NCBI GenBank assembly: GCA_020137815.1
Contig: WFME01000015.1
Span: 1-43,396 of the forward strand
DNA: 43,396 nt
Direction: 5' to 3'
DNA from: Hormiphora californensis
Lineage: Eukaryota > Animalia > Ctenophora
The notes beneath the pieces were generated by a model. The model did no database searches. It saw only the letters and a program-made list of their open reading frames with translations, and was not told where the DNA came from. The position numbers and the translations under genes were made by a program. Each line of letters opens with the position of its first letter. Position 1 is the stretch's first letter. This document shows, one piece after another, positions 11,057-19,535 of the stretch.

Positions 11057-11215
11057 ATCTTAAGCAAAGCTTACAACTTCTTCCACTCTGATAAGGGAAA
11101 GCGTATCAAGGAGAGTGGCTGGAGAGCAGCTGGCATCATTGATGCGTTGAAGAGTGTACGTAGTGACAGTGTTGTAAATGATTTGGTTGACCCCTTTGCT
11201 TCAATGGCAATTTGA
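11057..11215 (+). pseudogene. Possible C-terminal remnant of a pogo/Tigger-like (DDE_1) transposase
   Basis: AYNFFHSDKGKRIKESGWRAAGIIDAL..DPF resembles C-termini of invertebrate pogo-like transposases. Recognised from memory, not searched. Confidence 0.45.
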
Positions 11216-11694
11216 AACAAGTATAGATTGTATTTTAGCCTTTTTATCCAAATTTTGGTCATATTCTCCGCTAGAAAATTTATTCTTAATTATGTAATAA
11301 AAGTGTTTACGTTTTTAGAATTTTTTTTCAAAACAAAATTTTTTTTTCAATTTTTGTTTTGAAAATTCCCTGAAAAGCACTGTCTTATCCCGCTATCGGG
11401 GGCCAGCAACGTTTGCCAAGAACATTCCTTGTCCTGAATGTTTGTTGAAAAGTGCTGCCTTATCCCGCGCTGTCGGGGGCCAGCAGCGTTTGCCAATAAT
11501 GTTTGATACAGCTCCGGAAAACGTCAGGAACACCGCAGCTATCAGCTGCAAACCACCTTCATCCACCACGGACGGTGCCCCCAGCCCATTTGGACTGGCT
11601 CAACAACTTTTACGTGTGCCTTAAAAATCCTTTCCAAATGGCAAGACGAGGTTTTGAAAGAGCAAACGTATCCCTCTTTTTTGATTAGACGCTT

Positions 11695-11722
11695 TCTAAC
11701 TCACTTTCTCTCCCCCTTGTAG
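11695..11722 (+). promoter_or_regulatory. 3' splice acceptor (cis or trans) 10 nt upstream of the gene A ATG
   Basis: tctaac (branch-like) + tcactttctctcccccttgtAG|gacgtcgttcATG. Equivalent signals end at 14462 and 17361 and precede the right-arm copies. Confidence 0.6.
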
Positions 11723-11732
11723 GACGTCGTTC

Positions 11733-14078
11733 ATGACTGAACCACCTGCCAAACGCCGTGCTCGAGGCATCGAAAGCTATTGCGAGGATCTTCGTAGTCT
11801 ACTGACCAAGAGTCCAAACCTCTGGGACTTCAAATCAATTCAGAAAGTTCTTAACGACATTTTTCGACTAAACTGCAAGTCTTCGGAGATGATTCAGAAC
11901 CTAAAAGACTCCACTTTCCCTTACTCAATTCCCATCCTGATTTCCCGCAAGAACCTTCCTCCCCCTGTTATTAACAGTCTTCTTAAAATTTTGGTCGAAA
12001 TGAGTGTTGTGATGCGTGATGAAATTTACTGGAATGAATGCTACCGGTCTTTCGTCATCAACAATTTCCTGCCGCTTCCAGCCTGCTACCTACAATCCTT
12101 GAGGTTTCTTAACAGCACGAAATGTTCGAAGTTTCTTTACAACACTTACAGAAATTCTGTTCCGCTCTCAGCTGTTCAAGAAGTGTTTCACTATATTGAA
12201 TCAAAGATGTCATCTAAGAAAACTCTGCCTAAAAACGATAGACTAATCTATATTGAGTTGGCGAAAATGATAGGTAACTTTGGATATGATATTCTGAAAC
12301 GGGAAGAATTTGTGGCCTTGCTTAACTCTGTTGCTGAGTTAAACTCTAATCTCCATTGCCTTGATGGTGACATCTTGTTAAGTATTTCCAGACAGGTGCT
12401 CAGCTATATTGACAGGAGACATAATTTTGTGGGGAAGTTGAAGAAAACTCTTGGTGATTTGGTGGAGGAAATATGTACTTTATCCCCAGGTAACCTAGCC
12501 AAACTCTACACGTTCTCAAGCAATACAGCATTATGTACAATTGCTGAAGCGAAGAGAGACAAGGTCTTCGTCAGCGTCCTAAAAAAGAGTAGTGCTGAAA
12601 ACGGATCATATGATGTTATCAAGGCAGTTAAGAACATTCACCGGAAGGGATTTCCCATAGCCGAAAACATTTACCGGGCCCTGTCTTCTTTCATATCGAA
12701 ACCCGGTGAATTGGCGCATTCCTGGGCGAATGCTTCACGTGACGCCCTCTTTATCTTCCTTGAGAGAGGGAAAAAAAGTGTGTCTAAGGAATCCCAGAAG
12801 AAACGACTCAATGAGGTGATCATCAAATTCCTAAGAGCCCTTCGCGACTTAGATTGTGACACTGATCAATCAGTCAAGGAAGTGGTAGCCAAAGTTACGC
12901 AAAATGTCATTGGCTTGGCTGAGGACACAGTATTCCGTGTTGTTCCGATTGAAGATCATATCACTCTTGTTATGGACTTGTTTGCGAAGTATGGAACCTG
13001 GTTCACCAAAAAATATTCGGGTCTTAGCTCCAAAACATGTTTACTTTGGCAGATTTCAACGCACTCGTTATTGAAAAGTATTGGTATTCATGAGATATAC
13101 AAGTTACGACGGAAGCTTGATGTCAATAGGTATTGGGATTTTGGCGCTTTTCGTACGGAGGACTTTCTCTCAATGTTGCCCAATCTTCGTGAAACATCCC
13201 CGAACGATTATCTGGTTAAACTCTCCGAATTATTTCTGCAAAAAGCAATTCGTGATCGTAATCATCTCTGGGAAAATTCATTGGTTCATTCTGTCTGTGA
13301 AATCATTGATCTGCATGAGACTTATCCTCCAGAACTACTTCTCCGACTATTCCTCTGTCTTGTACGGTATTTCCAGAGTGTGTATAGCGAGTTTGGGTTT
13401 CCAAGTTGGAAACAGATTAGCTTCTTACATCCTTCTAAGAGATTACAAGTGGAAGGGATGGTGAGAATCCTTGGAGAGGAAGGGGCACCAGGGGTGGAGG
13501 TTACCGAACAAGATCTGTCATCTCCCATTCTGAAAAGCATGCTTGCTTCAAGTTTTGAGGAAGGTCGAACCCGAACCATGACCGTTCCCTCAGCCCCTCA
13601 GCGCATCTTGGAGGCCCTCAAGCTGATTCTGGGTGAGGATGGGAAGGGTGTTGAAGAACATGCAACACTGAAAGAGGTCTGGGAGTGGATGTTGCCGTGG
13701 GCAACCATGTACCAGGTTGACGGAGTGTTCAAATACCTTGTGGAGGCGATGAGTAGGGACAATCAGTCTAAAGAGTCTAAGCTGTCCGATGATTGGTTGG
13801 TTGAGTTTGCGATTCGGAGTAAGCATCCAGCGTGGTTGATGTTGGTATCTGACAGATTTGTCCTTGTTGAAACCCTAAATCTGCCACCTCGGGACCTAAT
13901 CTTCGCAATAACTGAACTGATCAACGCATTAAAGGACACTGACAACTATCTGGTCACAATTATCAGTTATTATTGCCGACAGCAACAGAGGACCCTCTCT
14001 GTTCCAAATATTTTCACAAATTATTATGAAAGTAAATATTTTGATGGTAACAATTATGATTATGGGGAGAGTGATTAA
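11733..14078 (+). CDS. Gene A: intronless 781-aa NLS + helical (ARM/HEAT-like) + BTB/POZ protein; chimera of right-arm genes C and D
   Basis: Long clean ORF; PPAKRRAR NLS; Leu-rich amphipathic helices. SSPILKSMLASSFEEGRTRTMTVPSAPQRILEALKLIL...WATMYQVDGVFKYL fits the BTB pattern (S.vF..Mf...F.E....I.l...f..ll / A..Y.v..L). Confidence 0.8.
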   Translation: MTEPPAKRRARGIESYCEDLRSLLTKSPNLWDFKSIQKVLNDIFRLNCKSSEMIQNLKDSTFPYSIPILISRKNLPPPVINSLLKILVEMSVVMRDEIYWNECYRSFVINNFLPLPACYLQSLRFLNSTKCSKFLYNTYRNSVPLSAVQEVFHYIESKMSSKKTLPKNDRLIYIELAKMIGNFGYDILKREEFVALLNSVAELNSNLHCLDGDILLSISRQVLSYIDRRHNFVGKLKKTLGDLVEEICTLSPGNLAKLYTFSSNTALCTIAEAKRDKVFVSVLKKSSAENGSYDVIKAVKNIHRKGFPIAENIYRALSSFISKPGELAHSWANASRDALFIFLERGKKSVSKESQKKRLNEVIIKFLRALRDLDCDTDQSVKEVVAKVTQNVIGLAEDTVFRVVPIEDHITLVMDLFAKYGTWFTKKYSGLSSKTCLLWQISTHSLLKSIGIHEIYKLRRKLDVNRYWDFGAFRTEDFLSMLPNLRETSPNDYLVKLSELFLQKAIRDRNHLWENSLVHSVCEIIDLHETYPPELLLRLFLCLVRYFQSVYSEFGFPSWKQISFLHPSKRLQVEGMVRILGEEGAPGVEVTEQDLSSPILKSMLASSFEEGRTRTMTVPSAPQRILEALKLILGEDGKGVEEHATLKEVWEWMLPWATMYQVDGVFKYLVEAMSRDNQSKESKLSDDWLVEFAIRSKHPAWLMLVSDRFVLVETLNLPPRDLIFAITELINALKDTDNYLVTIISYYCRQQQRTLSVPNIFTNYYESKYFDGNNYDYGESD

Positions 14079-14473
14079 AGTAAAGATAGTTACTCTGATG
14101 AAGATAATTATTAGGCATTTTTATTAAGTTAACTTTTTTCAAACTTCAAAGGCCGTCTTGTCGACATTTATTATTATTATCTTACAGCAAACTGTGTTGT
14201 TAGTCAATTGATCACATACCTGTACATGGAAAAAATTCCCAACTCGAACCTAATTCGAACCACCTATCACGAAGTCCATGGAAACGTAACTAAATCAGCC
14301 CGCATTCCTGGTATACCAGGGTTTTTAACTTTATTTGTCCTCAGATGAGAACAACATCCTGGTAAAATCCTTGTAAATCGAGGTCCGGCTGCATTCCCTT
14401 AGATCTCTAAACTCCTTAAAATCCCTAAACTCTTTCTGCTTCACTCTCTCTCTCCCCTTTAGGACGTCAATTC

Positions 14474-16870
14474 ATGACAGAGCCACCCGCCAAGCGTCAA
14501 GCTCGATGCATCGAAGACGATTGTGAGGATCTACGTGCTCTGCTGGTGAAGAGTCCAGACTTCTGGGATTACCAAGCGATAGAGAAAGTCCTCAATGAAA
14601 TTTCTCGACTTTACTGCAGAGCTTGGAAGAAGGTTGAGGTGCTCAAAAGTTCCACCTTCAGATACTCAATTCCCATCCTGATTTCTCGCAAGAACCTTCC
14701 CCCGCCTGTTATTAACAGCCTTCTTAAAATTTTGAATGTGCTGGCACACACCGAGTGGAAGGACTATTATCGGTCTTACGTCGTCGACAATTTCATACTC
14801 ATACCACAGTGCTACCTCCAATCCCTAAAGTTTCTGAACAACACGAATAGTCGGGAGGATCAAGTCAAGGTTCCACTATTTGCCGTTCAGAAAGTGTTTA
14901 ATTATCTGGAATCACGAGCCTTGGCTAAGAAGACTCTGACTAAAAATGATAAACTGATCTTTACGGAGGTGGCTAAGATGATGAAAGGTTTTTCGCTTGT
15001 AGGGGAGGATACATTTGAAGCATTTTTGACCCTGGTTAACTCCGTTGCCGAGTTTAACGCTAGACACCACTGTTTGGAAGGTAGCATAGTCTTCAAAATT
15101 GCTGAAACAGTTCGTACGTCTTTGAGCTTACATCTATGTACACCCTTGACGAGTGGTCTTGTTGAAAAGTTAAAGAAAACTCTCGGCGATTTGCTGGAGG
15201 AAATTTGTGTTTTGTGTCCGAATGACCTAGCTAAACTGTTCAAAGATGTCGATGGTGATGCCAAAATGGTGTTATACAAAACCGCTGAAGAAAGTAGAAA
15301 CAAAGCCTTCGTCACCGTTCTCAAATCTAAATGGGTTGATGATAGCTGTGTGGATGTTATTGAGGCAGTTCGAAAAATAAACCGGAAGGGACTGCCCATC
15401 GCTGAAGAGATTTACCTGGCACTGTCTGCTTTGATATCTACACCCCGTGATTGTCGGACAACCTGGGCGAAAACTTCACGTGATGCCCTCTATATCTTCC
15501 TGGAGAGGGGGAAACTAAGGGTGTCTGAGGAATCCCAAAAGAAACAACTTCACGAAGTCATCATCACATTTCTAGGAGTCCTTCGCGACTTGGATTGTAC
15601 CGGTTCTGTATATAATTCCTCTGAAAAAGTGAAGGAAGTTGCAGCGACAGTAACAAACGATGTAATAGGCTTGGCTGAGGACACAGTGTTCCGTGATTCT
15701 CTAAATAAAGATCACATCACTCTTGTCATGGACCTGTTTGTCAAATACGGTACCTGGTTCACCATGTCGTTTAGGGAATCATTTAACCCAAAACCATTCA
15801 TATCTTTCCAATGGTACATCAACACACATTCCCTGCTAAACAGTATTGGTCTTCGCAATATCCGCCAGCTACAGAAATCCTGTACTGACCATTTTTGGAA
15901 CTTTTTCGTTGCGATGGATGTTGCCAATGAAGACGAACTTCGGAAGTTGACTAACCTGCGTGAAAATTCTCCAGAAGCATATCTGGTGGAACTCTCAAAT
16001 ATTTTGATAGTAACAGGATTGAAAAGTGTGGCATTGGTCCCTTCCGTCTGTGAACAGTTAGAGTTCAGAGAGTCTGATCCTCCGGAATTACTTCTTCGAT
16101 TGTTCCTCTGTCTCGTCCGTTATCTCCAGGGCGTACAGACTAAATTTGAGGAACCGAGAGAGGTTAAGAATGAACCGCGAGAGGTTAAGAATGAACAAGG
16201 GAATGGGATGGTGAGAATCCTTGGAGAGGAAGGGGCACCAGGGGTGGAGGTTACCGAACAAGATCTGTCATCTCCCATTCTGAAAAGCATGCTTGCTTCA
16301 AGTTTTGAGGAAGGTCGAACCCGAACTATAACCGTTCCCTCAGCCCCTCAGCGTATCTTGGAGGCCCTCAAGCTGGTTCTTGGTGAGGGTGGAAAGGGTG
16401 CTAACGACCATGCAACACTGAAAGAGGTCTGGGAGTGGATGTTGCCGTGGGCTACAATGTACCAGGTAGACGGAGTGTTCAAATACCTTGTAACGGTGAT
16501 GTGTGAGAAGAAAGATTCTACGATGTCCGATGAATGGATGGTTGAGTTTGCGATTAGGAGCAAACACCCTGCGTGGCTAATGTTGATCTCTGATAGGTTT
16601 CTTCTTGTTGAAACCATAAACCTAACGCCTCAGGACCTCATCTCCGCAATAACTGATCTGGTCAACGCTTTAAATGACAAGGAGAACTACCTTGTTAACA
16701 TTATTAGTTATTTTTGCAGTCAGCAGTGTTCTGATTTGGGTGAACGTGAGCTTTTTCCTAATATTCGCCCAACTCCCACTGACAGACATTTCAAGGGTAA
16801 ATACTTTGATCAGCCTAATTGCTATTTTGGGGAAAGTGATGAAAGTGAAGATAATGACTCTGAAGAGTAG
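14474..16870 (+). CDS. Gene B: intronless 798-aa paralogue (NLS + helical region + BTB + acidic tail)
   Basis: Clean ORF colinear with gene A, with a near-identical BTB block and an acceptor ending at 14462. Confidence 0.8.
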   Translation: MTEPPAKRQARCIEDDCEDLRALLVKSPDFWDYQAIEKVLNEISRLYCRAWKKVEVLKSSTFRYSIPILISRKNLPPPVINSLLKILNVLAHTEWKDYYRSYVVDNFILIPQCYLQSLKFLNNTNSREDQVKVPLFAVQKVFNYLESRALAKKTLTKNDKLIFTEVAKMMKGFSLVGEDTFEAFLTLVNSVAEFNARHHCLEGSIVFKIAETVRTSLSLHLCTPLTSGLVEKLKKTLGDLLEEICVLCPNDLAKLFKDVDGDAKMVLYKTAEESRNKAFVTVLKSKWVDDSCVDVIEAVRKINRKGLPIAEEIYLALSALISTPRDCRTTWAKTSRDALYIFLERGKLRVSEESQKKQLHEVIITFLGVLRDLDCTGSVYNSSEKVKEVAATVTNDVIGLAEDTVFRDSLNKDHITLVMDLFVKYGTWFTMSFRESFNPKPFISFQWYINTHSLLNSIGLRNIRQLQKSCTDHFWNFFVAMDVANEDELRKLTNLRENSPEAYLVELSNILIVTGLKSVALVPSVCEQLEFRESDPPELLLRLFLCLVRYLQGVQTKFEEPREVKNEPREVKNEQGNGMVRILGEEGAPGVEVTEQDLSSPILKSMLASSFEEGRTRTITVPSAPQRILEALKLVLGEGGKGANDHATLKEVWEWMLPWATMYQVDGVFKYLVTVMCEKKDSTMSDEWMVEFAIRSKHPAWLMLISDRFLLVETINLTPQDLISAITDLVNALNDKENYLVNIISYFCSQQCSDLGERELFPNIRPTPTDRHFKGKYFDQPNCYFGESDESEDNDSEE

Positions 16871-17153
16871 AGGGGCTACTGGTATTAATAATATTATCAC
16901 TGATACCACAATAGAGAACAATCTTGTTTTTAAAACTAATTTTATTTTATAAATTTTATATTTCTTAGCCTGTATTGTCGTGTATGGACATTTTATTAAT
17001 TAATTTTACAGCAGTAAATTGAGTTTTTAATCAACTAACTGCTTAGAAGCACTAGCCAGCAAGCCTCCTGACCCCTCGCCAGTCGCCTACAACCCTGCAA
17101 ACCCCAAAACACAGCCCAACCCGTCCCGATGGCCGATATGACCCCAGATGAAA

Positions 17154-17212
17154 AGTAACAAGCCTATCAACTCGTGTAAATAGTATTTACACGAGTTGAT
17201 AGGCTTGTTACT
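17154..17212. repeat. 59-bp perfect palindrome (29-bp arms, 1-nt spacer)
   Basis: agtaacaagcctatcaactcgtgtaaata-g-tatttacacgagttgataggcttgttact. Confidence 0.9.
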
Positions 17213-17372
17213 AAATACATACATCAAACCCAGAACTCACTAGAACTAATTCCGAAGTCAGTATCCTCCAGCCCATTATAGTCCTTTATCGCTATCCCGA
17301 ACACCTTTTTATTACTCCTGAAACTCGTTTTACAACTTCACTCTCTCTCTCTCCCCTTTAGGACGTAAATTC

Positions 17373-17602
17373 ATGACAGAGCCACCTGCCAAGCGCCAAG
17401 CTCGATGCATCGAAGACGATTGTGAGGATCTACGTGCTCTGCTGGTGAAGAGTCCAGACTTCTGGGATTACCAAGCGATAGAGAAAGTCCTCAATGAAAT
17501 TTCTCGACTTTACTGCAGAGCTTGGAAGAAGGTTGAGGTGCTAAAAAGTTCCACCTTCAGATACTCAATTCCCATCCTGATTTCTCGCAAGAACCTTCCC
17601 CC
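17373..17602 (+). pseudogene. Truncated B-type paralogue (first ~77 codons)
   Basis: Protein identical to the gene B N-terminus up to SRKNLP, then joins directly to an antisense LINE fragment. Confidence 0.85.
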
Positions 17603-19490
17603 TTCTCGGTAATCCCTAAAAATGCCACTGGTGTGGCGTCCTCGTCCACCATATCACGCACTACCTCTAACTTCCAGGTACTCTCAGCTGATGGACAGAA
17701 ACTCCTAGCATTTAATAGGCGAAAGTTTGATACAGGGGCTGGGTTCCTGCTAGTCCCCAAGGATTGTGGGGTTTCTCCCCTGCTCCGTACTGCCGCTGCA
17801 GAAACGACTTTAAGTCCAAAAACTGGGTCATCACCGACTGTTGTATCTCGGCTTTCAGAACTTCCAGTTTCATCTCCAAAAAATCATGGGTCACCCTCTC
17901 GTCTGGCTGAGAGAACTTTTCAGCCGGGTTCTTGTTCCTGTTTCCTGGAGCTTGCTTTGGGCGTTTTGAGTTAAAATCTTCCGCCCGGTCTCCAGCTGCC
18001 TGGGAGTGTGCTTTCCTGGTCCTGTCCTGGACCGGTCGATCTTCTCCTCGCCCTTCTATACGATCCCGTTTTGTATGTAGAAGGTGATTCAGTGTGCACA
18101 TTTTATCATAGCACTCCCGTCTCACCTCAGATCCCTTGCATAGGGGAGGGTGGTAGAACTTACACGAACCACCTTTCACGCATCCAAAGCGTTTCGATGC
18201 CCCATTATAGTTACAAAACCTCTTGCAGAGTCTCGGGTGGAGTTTCGGACATGACCTCCCCTCTACTTCCTTGGTTCCATTTCGTCCATAGCGGCACTTC
18301 CGGTTGAGAAAGTGCTTACACGTTCTCTGGGGTCAGTTCCAGAGTTTTTCCATCATCCTCTGGTTCGTCCTTTTTCTCATCATCGGGCTTTATCTCTGGC
18401 GTTTCAACAACAGTGATGTCGGTCTTAGGCTCATTTTTCTCCCAGCAATACGAGCAAACCCACACTGAGCCTTTACGGTTCCCCTTAATTGACTGCTTGC
18501 ATGAGTGGGCCCTTGTCCGCAAAGAAAACAAGATAAAGGGGGTGTGGTACCAAGTTTAACCCTGTAATTTTCACCACAATCTTGACAGCCGATAGGAAAC
18601 AACCCCTCAATACGTAGGACGATCTTATCCGCCAACTCCGTCATTTCTCGGCTTTTCCCATCCCGCCCGACAAGTAACACGTTTAGAGCCTTACAGACCG
18701 GACCCAGTTCCTCCACCTTCTTACTTGCAATGGAGTCCACATTAACGGTATGATCGGCATGGTAGTCGTAGGCCTCAATCACTACCTTCCCCTTCGCTCC
18801 GACAGCATTTTTCAGCTCCGCCAGTACATCTTTGACGGTCTGGTCATTGGTCATTTGGCTGCGTCTACAAGGGTTGAGGAGGGGGTTGCCGCTCCTCAAA
18901 TTAATTTGTTTAAAGTAGTGTTGAAAAGTTTGAAGTTGTAGTTGCTTTTTCCATTTTCGTTTCATGTACAAATCTATCAACTCTCTATTCACAGGATATC
19001 ACATCACAATGTTGCCAAAAGGGATTTGAAGTCTTATCGTTCACTATCATACTCTGCAAGACACAAATACACCATTTTTCAAGACCAAGCTCAACATTAC
19101 CTGATTAAGACCTCATCTTTTCCATGACGGGCACACCTTTTGACCTTTCAAGTTCCTTATTGAGACTGGTGTAGTAATTTTTTACGTTGAGATCTATGGC
19201 CTCTGTTGCGCTATATTTTTGTAGACTTTTGTAAGATTGCATCTTGTGGATATTCAGTGTTCGGTTTATGGTTTTGATTAACTTATTAACTATTTATTAA
19301 TTATATTTGGCAGTTTATGCTGTTTTTTAATTAACTTATTAACTATGTATTTAATTATATGACAACGAGGACTTTCGGAAGGACATTGATACGAAGATGC
19401 GCTTTAGAAAGCGAGTTTTGATCGAAAGGACGCTTTAGTATTTAAGTCGATCGAGATAAACACTTTTCGCTCAAAAGCGATTTATAAATG
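17603..19490 (-). mobile_element. CR1-like LINE family 2, 3'-truncated: 5'UTR, degraded ORF1 (ATG ~18854; PHD + CCCH) and start of the ORF2 endonuclease
   Basis: CQDC..CFLCGQG.H..WVCSYC (PHD); CKFYHPPLC..C..C..H; ORF1 ends QTFAY* at 17712; ORF2 begins NFRLLNARSFCPSAESTWKL..FLGITE. The 5' boundary is approximate. Confidence 0.8.
17877..17883 (-). promoter_or_regulatory. Putative -1 ribosomal frameshift heptamer U UUU UUG
   Basis: ORF1 frame gaT TTT TTG. The -1 frame opens immediately after a TGA (17886-17884) and runs without stop or ATG into the endonuclease. A stem aaactgg/ccagttt begins 6 nt downstream. Confidence 0.55.
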
Positions 19491-19535
19491 TTAAATGTTA
19501 TTGTTATTGTTATTATTGTTCCTGATAAGATAAAG

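Noticed and set aside
11733-16870. Assigning the symbol ARMC5 or calling these viral genes
   Set aside because: Only the architecture resembles ARMC5 and orthology cannot be shown by eye; no viral hallmark genes are present in the window.
6827-16921. Short antisense or alternate-frame ORFs overlapping ORF2 and genes A/B
   Set aside because: Shadow ORFs of long coding regions with no independent features.
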